This document shows positions 1-7,679 of a stretch of DNA of 64,000 bases, in pieces (the first letter of the stretch is position 1; each line of letters starts with the position of its first letter). The notes under the pieces are model-generated. The model saw nothing but the letters and a program-made list of their open reading frames with translations. It was not told the origin of the DNA and made no database searches. The DNA comes from a virus. Lineage: Duplodnaviria; Caudoviricetes. Where the stretch lies: positions 7,526 through 71,525 of IMG/VR virus record IMGVR_UViG_3300037043_000091, one strand, 5' to 3'. A program made the translations under genes and the position numbers.

Positions 1-189
1 GCTTTGACCATAACCGAACAGTACAGCCGGGACTTTCGGGGCGTTTTTGACGAACTCACCACGGACCCGGAAATTGAAGGGCTGGTGATGAAACGGCTTG
101 ACGGCAAGCTGGACCTGGGCCGCAAACGGGCGGCAAATTCGCGCTGGATGATGAAGGTGCGGAAACCCTCAAACTCTTACCGATTTTAA
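1..189 (+). CDS. 3' end of an ATP-dependent ligase-type nucleotidyltransferase (5' truncated by the window)
   Basis: Frame open from base 1; IEGLVMK resembles motif IV and WMMKVRK motif V; stop follows shortly after motif V. Confidence 0.6.
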   Translation, partial: ALTITEQYSRDFRGVFDELTTDPEIEGLVMKRLDGKLDLGRKRAANSRWMMKVRKPSNSYRF

Positions 190-201
190 GGAGAAAATTA
201 A

Positions 202-510
202 ATGGCGACTTTCAGTTATGGCTCTCTCCCGGAGCCGCACCTTGACCCGCCTTGTACCGTTACCGCTGACCATGAAGAACTGCTTAACAAGATCGACGAT
301 GTGAATCACGAAATCTGGAAGGCGGAAAACACGATGGACGCCTGGGCCGACTTCTCCGCTGAACTGGCGAAGCTGGACGCACCGGAAACGATTCTGGCGC
401 TGGTGGAACGACTGCGGCCTTCCCTCGAAAACTGGATGAATAGCCACCTGGGGGCGCTCCGCACTCAGGTGGTGGAACTGGAGGACCAGGAACGCGACTT
501 GCTGTTTTAG
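202..510 (+). CDS. acidic hypothetical protein
   Basis: AGGAG RBS, 102 aa, in a run of co-oriented genes. Confidence 0.7.
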   Translation: MATFSYGSLPEPHLDPPCTVTADHEELLNKIDDVNHEIWKAENTMDAWADFSAELAKLDAPETILALVERLRPSLENWMNSHLGALRTQVVELEDQERDLLF

Positions 511-562
511 CTGGCATTGTAATGCAGGGCCATGTCGGAGCATGACCCTGCCAGGAGTGCCA
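511..562 (+). other. intergenic stem-loop without U-tract
   Basis: GCAGGG/CCCTGC and CATG/CATG stems round a TCGGAG loop, outer TGGCA/TGCCA pairing. Confidence 0.4.
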
Positions 563-592
563 ATTAATCAGCCATTTGGGAGGAAATATTAA

Positions 593-895
593 ATGACCAG
601 GGATAGCATGGTGGGGATGAGTCTGGAAGAACTCGTCCACCAGATCAACGCGGAACGGCGGCGGCATGGCCTATCGGCTATCGCTATTTCAACGAGGCCG
701 TCCAGTAGTGGAACCGGGCGCACCATTGAGATTTTCGGTGGCGATACCCTGCTGGCGAAGTCCACCCACGGCGGCGCTCTTAACTGGTTTCTCAAGGGGA
801 TGCTGGTTATGTCCGGTAATGCCCCGGCTCCAAAACTTAGCGGGAGTCTTGACAAACTTGGCCCCGGCTCTCGGGCTATCAATTGGAGGGATTAA
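593..895 (+). CDS. hypothetical protein
   Basis: GGAGG RBS, 100 aa. Confidence 0.7.
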   Translation: MTRDSMVGMSLEELVHQINAERRRHGLSAIAISTRPSSSGTGRTIEIFGGDTLLAKSTHGGALNWFLKGMLVMSGNAPAPKLSGSLDKLGPGSRAINWRD

Positions 896-897
896 AG

Positions 898-1029
898 GTG
901 AAATGCCCCAAGTGTGGCAAAGAAATCGACGAAATCAAACTCCTACCTGTCAGAAGGGGGCGGCGTGTTTTGTGGTGGCTGTCCCCCTGCTGCCTTGTGG
1001 TTGCAAAGGAGAACAGAAATGAAAGTTAA
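898..1029 (+). CDS. small zinc-ribbon-like protein (43 aa, not in ORF track)
   Basis: GGAGG RBS, GTG start, translates MKCPKCGKEIDEIKLLPVRRGRRVLWWLSPCCLVVAKENRNES. Confidence 0.55.
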   Translation: MKCPKCGKEIDEIKLLPVRRGRRVLWWLSPCCLVVAKENRNES

Positions 1030-1324
1030 GGTCCGATATCTGGCCCAGGGAATCATCGAAATCCCGGCTAAAGACTTGCCGGAAGGCTTTGAATCCATGC
1101 CCCCGGCGAAAGTCTGGGAATGGCTCCTTGAGTGGTGGGAGGACAACGTAACCCAGGAAATGCTTAACCGTGGCCTTGAGGACTGCGACTCTGGCCCCAG
1201 CGAAGTAAATCCTGGCCTTCTGGAAAAATGCCCGGAGGGCGGCGACTATGAAACCATCGCCATGATTCGGGAGTTTGACGGCTGGTGGAGCGCTGAATCC
1301 GGCCTGGGGGTTATTTTCCCATGA
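1019..1324 (+). CDS. acidic Trp-rich hypothetical protein
   Basis: AAGGAG RBS before ATG 1019 inside track ORF 914..1324. Confidence 0.65.
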   Translation: MKVKVRYLAQGIIEIPAKDLPEGFESMPPAKVWEWLLEWWEDNVTQEMLNRGLEDCDSGPSEVNPGLLEKCPEGGDYETIAMIREFDGWWSAESGLGVIFP

Positions 1325-1671
1325 GCATCGACTTCCCTAACCCCTGCTGCCGGTGCGGGTACTGCTGCTTGCATGAAACCTGCCCGGTGGCCTGTGAGGT
1401 TTTTGGTATCGGGAAGGCCGACCCCTGCCCGGCCTTGAGGTTTGAGGGCGACTTTACGGTTGACCCTGAAAACCTCAAGGCCGTCCGGGTTCTGCCCCAT
1501 TTTGCGACCTGTCTTTTGGCTCTGGAAGAACCGAAGGTTATGGGCGTGGGGGTGGGCTGCTGCATGGCTGCCACCTGTTACAAAGATGGCGTGGCCCACG
1601 ACTTTGCGGCGCTCCCCCCAGGATTCAAATATGGCATTGCAAATAGGAAAAAGGAGGAAATGAATGGCTAA
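1321..1671 (+). CDS. Cys-rich protein, YkgJ-like (Zn or Fe-S binding)
   Basis: CCRCGYCC..ETCP motif; ATGA overlap with the upstream gene. Confidence 0.6.
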   Translation: MSIDFPNPCCRCGYCCLHETCPVACEVFGIGKADPCPALRFEGDFTVDPENLKAVRVLPHFATCLLALEEPKVMGVGVGCCMAATCYKDGVAHDFAALPPGFKYGIANRKKEEMNG

Positions 1672-1819
1672 AAAACGATTTTATTTGGGAGAAAGGGAGT
1701 GCGCCGAATGTGGCGATAAACCGGAGAAGTTCGCCGGATACGACCCTGACCGGGGCTGGCTTTGCCCTGGCTGCTGGGAGAAGCCGTCCGGTACACCGGA
1801 CAAGGAGGTTAAACAATGA
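1664..1819 (+). CDS. small CxxC-CxxC zinc finger protein (51 aa, not in ORF track)
   Basis: AGGAGG RBS; CAEC...CPGC; ATGA overlap with the next gene. Confidence 0.6.
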   Translation: MAKKRFYLGERECAECGDKPEKFAGYDPDRGWLCPGCWEKPSGTPDKEVKQ

Positions 1820-2196
1820 AGCTATTGGTAGCCACCACGGAAACCCAGGGGAAGCGTAAGAACGACTTTTGCTTTGTCCCCGAGGGCGAGATCGTCCGCC
1901 CTACCCTGGAGTGCGACGGCGAAACCATCGACGGCGGCTGTGGTTGCCGTCGGTCCATGTCCGGCCTGTTCACGTGCCGGTGTACGACCACCATGAAGTG
2001 TGCGGAGGTTGACATCACCGAGCGCGACCTGAAGGGGCTCATCATGGATTACTATTGCAAGGCGTGGAAAATGACCCCGGCTGAAGCCATAAAAGAGGCG
2101 GAGGTTGAGGGAAACGAACTCATGCGGATTGGAGAAGCCTTTGAAATCGGCATGATCGTGGAGAAGCGGGGCCGGAAGCTGAGGGAACGGCCATGA
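1816..2196 (+). CDS. conserved Cys-rich hypothetical protein (resembles an actinobacterial DUF7715-type family)
   Basis: MKLLVATTETQG..NDF..EGE..C...GGCGCRR..TTT pattern recalled from that family. Confidence 0.6.
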   Translation: MKLLVATTETQGKRKNDFCFVPEGEIVRPTLECDGETIDGGCGCRRSMSGLFTCRCTTTMKCAEVDITERDLKGLIMDYYCKAWKMTPAEAIKEAEVEGNELMRIGEAFEIGMIVEKRGRKLRERP

Positions 2197-2405
2197 TGAA
2201 AAACGCCGACCTCTGGCGCGTGTCCTCAGACGGCGTAAACGTCTGCATCACAACGAGTCCCCCGGGGCTTCTCCGGGGGTCAGAGGAAATCGCCAACTTC
2301 ACAAACCCGGCCCGGCCAACATCGGAGAGCGAACGGCTGGCAGAATTTGTCGTGCGCGCCGCCCAGGCTTTGGCCTTCGTGGGAGAAATGTATGGCCGCA
2401 AGTAG
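2193..2405 (+). CDS. hypothetical protein
   Basis: ATGA coupling, 70 aa. Confidence 0.55.
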   Translation: MMKNADLWRVSSDGVNVCITTSPPGLLRGSEEIANFTNPARPTSESERLAEFVVRAAQALAFVGEMYGRK

Positions 2406-2489
2406 CTGGGCCTGCTCATCCGCCGTTGGTCCGCGGCAAAGGTGGCTCCTACCTGAGGGATTAACGACGAACTCTTGGAGGAAGAACTG

Positions 2490-2771
2490 ATGGATAAAGA
2501 ATCTATGGAAGAACTGCTGATGGATAAAGATGAATTGACCGAGGAAGAATTTGCCAAAATAGAGGAGAACATGGCCTCTTTCCTGGTTAAAATCAGGGAC
2601 CAGTTGCCCGAAGATAGCGACATGAGGCATTTAATTAACTTCAACTTCGCCGGCATAGCCTTGCATGATTCCTTGACACAAAAGGGGAAAATGAAGTCGG
2701 CGGCAACCCTCAGTAGGTTTATGAGAATGTTTGTCAGAATCCATGCGGGCGAAACGCTGGATCAGCCATGA
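2490..2771 (+). CDS. hypothetical protein with duplicated EE(L)LMDK N-terminus
   Basis: GGAGG RBS; GGAAGAACTG(CTG)ATGGATAAAGA at 2480-2500 and 2507-2530. Confidence 0.6.
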   Translation: MDKESMEELLMDKDELTEEEFAKIEENMASFLVKIRDQLPEDSDMRHLINFNFAGIALHDSLTQKGKMKSAATLSRFMRMFVRIHAGETLDQP

Positions 2772-3322
2772 AGGAACTTAAAAATACCTTCATCACCAGA
2801 AAGTATCAAATCCGGGACGGACAACTTAGAGCCCATGAGGTGATGCTAACCATTGACTATGGCGACTCTGCTATCACGGTAAGCCTAACGGCGATCAAAA
2901 ACAAAATCGACCAGCGGTTAATAGACCTGGGGTATATGACCAGGGAAGAAATTGACCAACAACCAACGGCTTTCCGGCAACGCATCCTCTGGATTCAAGA
3001 CGACGACTTGAAACTGCTGGAGCGCCACTACCAAGAGGCGGCGCCTCTCGGACTCCTGTTCCAGACCGGGACCAGGAATAAGATCGACACCCGGTTTCTC
3101 CGGGCCCTGGTGGCCAGCATGAGGGTTCGCTCCGGGCTGGAGAAGGGGGTCCACCCGCACCTTCTCCGGCACACCTTCGCCACGGACCTGCTCCGTGAAA
3201 CCAAAAACCTGCCCCTGGTGATGAAGTCCCTGGGACACGCTGACATAGGCACGACCCAGATTTATCTGCATATCGTAGATGATGAACTGGAGGCTGCCTT
3301 GAAAAATTTCAGGAGGAAGTAA
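2768..3322 (+). CDS. compact tyrosine recombinase (catalytic domain only, 184 aa)
   Basis: HPHLLRHTFAT (HxxR), LGH and TTQIY (catalytic Tyr); candidate first Arg in QLRAHE. Confidence 0.85.
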   Translation: MKELKNTFITRKYQIRDGQLRAHEVMLTIDYGDSAITVSLTAIKNKIDQRLIDLGYMTREEIDQQPTAFRQRILWIQDDDLKLLERHYQEAAPLGLLFQTGTRNKIDTRFLRALVASMRVRSGLEKGVHPHLLRHTFATDLLRETKNLPLVMKSLGHADIGTTQIYLHIVDDELEAALKNFRRK

Positions 3323-3504
3323 TGGGACCTAAGACCATCACCGTTTACGTTATCACCTGGCGGTATAGCGGCGAAAGCGGCTCCGGTATTGTCGGGGCAT
3401 ACGCCTCGGAAGAATGGGCCAAAAAGGTTTTCAAGGCGCTGGAAGATCACGGCGACATGAGTAAGATTTTTGAAATGATCACCATCACAGACGTGGAGGT
3501 ATAA
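3322..3504 (+). CDS. hypothetical protein
   Basis: TAATG coupling, 60 aa. Confidence 0.65.
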   Translation: MGPKTITVYVITWRYSGESGSGIVGAYASEEWAKKVFKALEDHGDMSKIFEMITITDVEV

Positions 3505-3506
3505 CC

Positions 3507-3812
3507 ATGCCAACTCGACAAATCATCTGCATGGAGTGCGCCGAGAGAAAGCCCGGGGACTACCCGGGCGAGTGGTGGGTTCGCATACAGGGAAAGGCCC
3601 GGGGTTTTCATAACGGGGATTTTATCTGCGACCTCTGCAACAAGACCATCACCAAGGGGGAAGATTGTGTGGCTCAGTCCTTCGGGGTTGACCGCACCCC
3701 TTATGAGCCGGGGTGGGAAGTAGAGTACCTCGGTGACGGCCCCGGAGTGGTGGATGGGACCGTCCGAGTTTTTCATGGGGACGGGACCGTGGAGGAAATC
3801 CCCCCCGGTTAA
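3507..3812 (+). CDS. zinc-binding hypothetical protein
   Basis: GGAGG RBS; CMEC and CDLC pairs. Confidence 0.65.
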   Translation: MPTRQIICMECAERKPGDYPGEWWVRIQGKARGFHNGDFICDLCNKTITKGEDCVAQSFGVDRTPYEPGWEVEYLGDGPGVVDGTVRVFHGDGTVEEIPPG

Positions 3813-3845
3813 TACGAAATTGTTACGACAAACGCTGGAAAGCGA

Positions 3846-3884
3846 GAGGGCCAGGGGAGAAATCCCTTGGCCCTCTTTTTTTTT
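3846..3884 (+). terminator. rho-independent terminator of the early operon
   Basis: GAGGGCCAGGGGA-GAAA-TCCCTTGGCCCTC followed by 9 T. Confidence 0.85.
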
Positions 3885-4004
3885 GCCTATCGAAATGCCG
3901 ACTCGTATTTTTCCTTGAAAATTGCAGCCACAGGACCTCGCGCTTATCTGTGCAAGTCAGCCTCAATACGGTCCTAGCCGGTTCAGCGCAGTACGGACAC
4001 GATC

Positions 4005-4301
4005 TCAGGCATCGGCTATCCTCGCCTGCATGGTAACGCCCGGCTTAAACTTGACCACCTTTTTCGCCGGTTTCTCAACCATCACGCCGGTCTTGGGATT
4101 GCGGAAGGTTCCCGCCGCCCTGGTCCCGACACGGAAACGGCCCAGGCCTGGCAGATGCGCCACACCGTCCAGTACCAGGTCGGCAATGATGGTCTTGGCG
4201 ATCAGGTCCAGAATACGCTCGGCAGCGGCCTTAGTGATCTGCTCGGACGCCGCCACCTTTTCAATCATCTTTCCCTTGGTCATGCCTTTGTTTACGGTCA
4301 T
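4005..4301 (-). CDS. hup: HU/IHF-family DNA-binding protein
   Basis: MTKGKMIEKVA..GLGRF..RNPKTG..PAKKVVKFKPG signature. Confidence 0.9.
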   Translation of the reverse strand: MTVNKGMTKGKMIEKVAASEQITKAAAERILDLIAKTIIADLVLDGVAHLPGLGRFRVGTRAAGTFRNPKTGVMVEKPAKKVVKFKPGVTMQARIADA

Positions 4302-4414
4302 GTTCTCTCCTTACCTCTTGGTTTTTTAGGGACTGAGCCCTTCTTTGAATCAGTTTTCGTTCCCACACCCTTACCGGATGGTCATAAGACGGCAAGGGAA
4401 CGAGGACGCATGGG

Positions 4415-4876
4415 TTATTCATTCGGGGTCGCTATAAAATCCGGGGCTTCCGCATCCTGGAAATCAAGCCAGCGTTGCCGCTCCGACGCGCTCATGGTCC
4501 GGGTGCTGACGATCTCCCTGGTGTCCAACCGGACGATGGTTACCGTGTTCTCCCGGAAGTCTTTAACGAGGTGGCAGTCAACCGGGCCATAAACACACCC
4601 GGCGTTAATAATGGCTGAATACTCGTTCCGCTTGGCTATGCCGGCGTCGATCCGGGCCTTAAACTGCGACTTCACAGACGCAAGCTGATCTTCTGCAGCG
4701 CTGATTTCGGTGCTGACCTGGCCGATCTTGATGGCGTATTCCTTGTAGTCGGCGTCGGTGAGCGGCATCTTCAGGGTTTCGGTAATTTCCGACACCTCCA
4801 CAGAACTGTCCTGTTCCGGGGTGGCGGCGGCGGCCTCGGTGGCGGTCATGTTAGCCAGGTCTTCTTTCGTTGGCAT
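4415..4876 (-). CDS. conserved phage coiled-coil hypothetical protein
   Basis: Start MPTKED; C-terminal VRLDT.E..STRTMS.SERQ pattern seen in phage proteins. Confidence 0.65.
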   Translation of the reverse strand: MPTKEDLANMTATEAAAATPEQDSSVEVSEITETLKMPLTDADYKEYAIKIGQVSTEISAAEDQLASVKSQFKARIDAGIAKRNEYSAIINAGCVYGPVDCHLVKDFRENTVTIVRLDTREIVSTRTMSASERQRWLDFQDAEAPDFIATPNE

Positions 4877-4877
4877 T

Positions 4878-5051
4878 TTAAACTCCGTATTTAAGGGCGT
4901 TAAAGGAAGCTGGATTCCCCGACGGGAACTCCACATCCCAAAAATAGTGATACTGGAAAAGTTGCCAGTCGGCGGTGTAGTCCTCCAGGTTACGTCGCCG
5001 TGTGTGAACCAAAAACCATTGCCATATCGCCCCAGGAATCCATTCGATCAT
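4878..5051 (-). CDS. small aromatic-rich protein (57 aa, not in ORF track)
   Basis: ATGA overlap with DUF3850 stop; fills the gap exactly; MIEWIPGAIWQWFLVHTRR... Confidence 0.5.
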   Translation of the reverse strand: MIEWIPGAIWQWFLVHTRRRNLEDYTADWQLFQYHYFWDVEFPSGNPASFNALKYGV

Positions 5052-5326
5052 GGCAGCCTCGAAATACTCATGATGCAGTATTCGGGGTCAATGGGAAGTT
5101 CCGTTCCCAGGACAAAAGCCTTCAAGAGGTAGTCCACGCGGACTTCAACCTCCCGGCCGGAATAAGCCCGGGTATCCGGGTCCCACTCCTGCAGCACCAG
5201 GATATCGCCAACCTGGTAGTCCCGGTCCATTTTACGGACCTCGAACCTCTTGTGAGCGTTCAAGGTGGGCTGGAAAAACTGCGGCCAGCACTTCAACTTG
5301 TGGGTGATTCTTGCGCGTGTTGCCAT
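5048..5326 (-). CDS. DUF3850 / ASCH-like PUA-domain protein
   Basis: HKLKCWPQFF..KRFEVRKMDRDYQVGD.L.LQEWD signature. Confidence 0.85.
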   Translation of the reverse strand: MATRARITHKLKCWPQFFQPTLNAHKRFEVRKMDRDYQVGDILVLQEWDPDTRAYSGREVEVRVDYLLKAFVLGTELPIDPEYCIMSISRLP

Positions 5327-5354
5327 TTCTTTCTCCTTGACGATGGCCCGTCCA

Positions 5355-5771
5355 TCACTCCGGCTCCTGCACACATTCGCACCGGACGACCACTCTCATC
5401 ATTCCGGCGTCCTTTCCCCACTTGGGGACATCCTGCGGAAATTTTCCGGTCCCCAGGCACTTGGGGCAGTTCTTGTCTGCAAACAAATGGCAGTTATCTT
5501 GGGTGATGAAAATCTTTTCCTTCCCGGGGCCTTCCAACATGAAATGCTCGTCCGCCAGAAATTCCTCCGCCGCCTCCCGGATTTCCGCCACCACAGGGAT
5601 GTTGCCGGCAAAGGGCCGGGTCTTAATCAGGTGGGCCACCCCCTTCTCCACGGCGCCAGGGGGGAGGTCTATAAGGGCGTCCCGGTAGATTTTCATCCGG
5701 GGCCCGTCCATCACGATCCCCCAGGCGGTCGCCATGACGGTGATAGCCTTAACGATCCTCTCTTTGTTCAC
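5355..5771 (-). CDS. helicase loader/inhibitor-like protein with C-terminal Zn finger
   Basis: Directly after the initiator; Y..AL.DLP..I..R.F..P.VAEIRE and CPKCLGTG..CEC. Confidence 0.65.
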   Translation of the reverse strand: MNKERIVKAITVMATAWGIVMDGPRMKIYRDALIDLPPGAVEKGVAHLIKTRPFAGNIPVVAEIREAAEEFLADEHFMLEGPGKEKIFITQDNCHLFADKNCPKCLGTGKFPQDVPKWGKDAGMMRVVVRCECVQEPE

Positions 5772-5848
5772 TCCATAGCCTCCCTTGCGGCCCTAAGAGG
5801 GGCCCGTCCATCTTTGTTCACTCCATAGCCTCCCTTGCGGCCCTAAGA
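5699..5848. repeat. tandem duplication with internal deletion
   Basis: 38 bp identical at 5761-5798 and 5811-5848; 14 bp GGGGCCCGTCCATC at 5699-5712 and 5799-5812. Confidence 0.9.
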
Positions 5849-6633
5849 TTCGCCGCTGTCATTTGCTCCGCCTTGCTCATAGGCTGCCCTCGCTTCCCGG
5901 AAACCGTGGCGTTTGTTAGCCAGTTTCTCAGATAGAGCCGCTTATTTACCAGCTTCCCCTTGGAATTTCGTTTATGCTTTTTGGGGTTATCAGAGCAGTA
6001 ATCGGCGGCCTTCTTGAGTTCCATCACCATCCGGTCGTAGTCCAGGCCTGGGTAGTCGGTCTGTAATTGCTGGAAATAGTCGGCCTCTATGTCAAAGTGC
6101 GGACACGAAAAAGCATAAACAGGGACGAGAGCGCCACCGGAGCCGTCAGGCGGAGGGGGTGCGCCCTTTCCTTTTCCTTCCTTTCCTTCCTTTCCTTCCT
6201 TACCTTCCTTCCTTGGGGGATTATCTGCGCCAGAAACCCCGCCTGACCCGGATAACTTGCGGTAGTTATCCGGCCTACCCGGGAGTTTATGTTCCCTATT
6301 CCGGTACACAGGGGCAAGTCCTCTCACGAAGTTATCAGACCAAACTATCTTTTCTTTCCACAACTTAGGACAAATAGCGTCAAGGTTGGCGAGTAGGTTT
6401 AATATTTCTATGCAGGTTTCTTTGTCGGTGTAGGTGTAGGCGGCAAGAAATTCAAACGATGCCAGATCATCGACGTCTATGAAATGCCCCTCGGTGTTCC
6501 CCAAAACCTCCAGTAGCTTGAACCAAAACCCGTACCCAGCTATACCATATCGCTTTTCAATCGTGAACATGGTTTTGCCATGATTGACGCTGTGGGGGAA
6601 CCAGTCCACCGTAGTTTTTCTGGGCCTTGTCAT
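5818..6633 (-). CDS. phage replication initiator (DUF4373 / Lin1244-like N-terminus)
   Basis: RPRK.TVDWFPHSV..IE.RYG..GYGFWFKLLE.L; position before loader-like gene. Confidence 0.8.
   Translation of the reverse strand: MTRPRKTTVDWFPHSVNHGKTMFTIEKRYGIAGYGFWFKLLEVLGNTEGHFIDVDDLASFEFLAAYTYTDKETCIEILNLLANLDAICPKLWKEKIVWSDNFVRGLAPVYRNREHKLPGRPDNYRKLSGSGGVSGADNPPRKEGKEGKEGKEGKGKGAPPPPDGSGGALVPVYAFSCPHFDIEADYFQQLQTDYPGLDYDRMVMELKKAADYCSDNPKKHKRNSKGKLVNKRLYLRNWLTNATVSGKRGQPMSKAEQMTAANLRAAREAME
6164..6214 (-). repeat. 9-bp AAGGAAGG(A/T) purine repeats in the initiator linker (KEGKEGKEGK)
   Basis: Plus strand CCTTCCTTT repeats; possible iterons by analogy with lambda O. Confidence 0.55.
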
Positions 6634-6641
6634 GGCTCCCC

Positions 6642-7004
6642 CTAAAAGGGAATATCGTCGTCCGGTTCACCCTTGGCTGGAGCCGGGCCGCAAAAGTGCA
6701 TTTCCTCCGCCGTAATGTCCGTGGCGTAATGCTTTTGCCCGTCTTTCTCCCATTGGTTACCTGTCAACTTCCCGACAATGATAACCTCCTGGCCCTTCAC
6801 CAGATATTGAGCGCAGATTTCCGCCAGGTTTCGCCAGGCCACGACGTTGGCCCAATAAACGATTTCCTGCTTCTGGCCCTTCTTGTCCTTGTATCTCGTA
6901 GTTACTGCCATTGAGAATTTACAGAAGGCATCCCCCCCCGCGGTGCGCCTTAGTTCCGGGTCCTTGCCCAGCTTTCCCTGGACTTCAACCTTGTTAAGCC
7001 CCAT
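6642..7004 (-). CDS. ssb: single-stranded DNA-binding protein
   Basis: LNKV..G.LGKDPELR..., acidic DDDIPF tail. Confidence 0.93.
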   Translation of the reverse strand: MGLNKVEVQGKLGKDPELRRTAGGDAFCKFSMAVTTRYKDKKGQKQEIVYWANVVAWRNLAEICAQYLVKGQEVIIVGKLTGNQWEKDGQKHYATDITAEEMHFCGPAPAKGEPDDDIPF

Positions 7005-7299
7005 CGGTTACCTCGCTATTCGGTAGTTGACTGGTAAGGTGGAGGGCGCCGCATAAGCGGCACTCATAGACGCGGATCGGCCGGCGGGGGCTATTCCTGA
7101 GTTCCCATTTAACGATGGCAATCAGTCCGTCGAGTCTGTTTAAGAACTGGACCTTGCCGGAGCAGCATGGAACCTCAAAGGGCTTATAGACCTTGGTGTT
7201 TTTCGGGTCCAGCGACAATTTCGCGTCCTTTCCATGGAGAGACAGTAAAGTTCGTGGGTCTGGGCGTTCATGAACGTGGGCAGCAACCGGGCTGCCCAT
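6994..7299 (-). CDS. zinc-ribbon hypothetical protein (start uncertain)
   Basis: CSGKVQF..VYECRLCGALHLTS. Confidence 0.55.
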   Translation of the reverse strand: MGSPVAAHVHERPDPRTLLSLHGKDAKLSLDPKNTKVYKPFEVPCCSGKVQFLNRLDGLIAIVKWELRNSPRRPIRVYECRLCGALHLTSQLPNSEVTDGA

Positions 7300-7327
7300 A
7301 TCAGGGACAAAAAGAATAGCCCGGAGG

Positions 7328-7534
7328 TCACTTGACCTTTCTCATTAGGGCCTCAGGGAGAACTCCCAGGGCCATGGCCACCTTCTCCAGGGTACGAAAG
7401 GAGCCAACACCAAGCCGTTCCCAAGCGCCCACGGCCTGACTGGTGACTGGCGGAAACACCCGGTTGCCGAGTTCCGCCTGGCTCCACCCCTTTGACTCCC
7501 GGAAAAACCGGATTTTCTTTCCATCGACTTCCAT
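7328..7534 (-). CDS. Cro/XRE-family HTH regulator
   Basis: IRFFRESKGWSQAELG..V.SQAVGAWERLG..LEKVAMALGV. Confidence 0.85.
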   Translation of the reverse strand: MEVDGKKIRFFRESKGWSQAELGNRVFPPVTSQAVGAWERLGVGSFRTLEKVAMALGVLPEALMRKVK

Positions 7535-7541
7535 GCTCCCC

Positions 7542-7570
7542 ACTATAATCGACCCCAAAACGATTGACAA
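7542..7570 (-). promoter_or_regulatory. sigma70-type promoter of the Cro-like/replication operon
   Basis: TTGTCA-N17-TATAGT, ATG 7 nt after the -10 hexamer. Confidence 0.7.
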
Positions 7571-7611
7571 GAAAAAAATTTACTATTCGCAAAATTTTAG
7601 AAAGATTTCTC

Positions 7612-7639
7612 TTGCAATCTAAATTAACCCATATATTAT
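7612..7639 (+). promoter_or_regulatory. divergent sigma70-type promoter
   Basis: TTGCAA-N16-TATTAT in AT-rich gap; AGAAA-GA-TTTCT palindrome at 7599-7610. Confidence 0.5.
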
Positions 7640-7679
7640 AATAACAAATGCTCCGTATCACTATATAAGGGAGGGGAAA

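Noticed and set aside
4310-4410. Riboswitch-like pairing upstream of HU
   Set aside because: Only short ACTGA/TCAGT pairing; no match to an aptamer consensus I know
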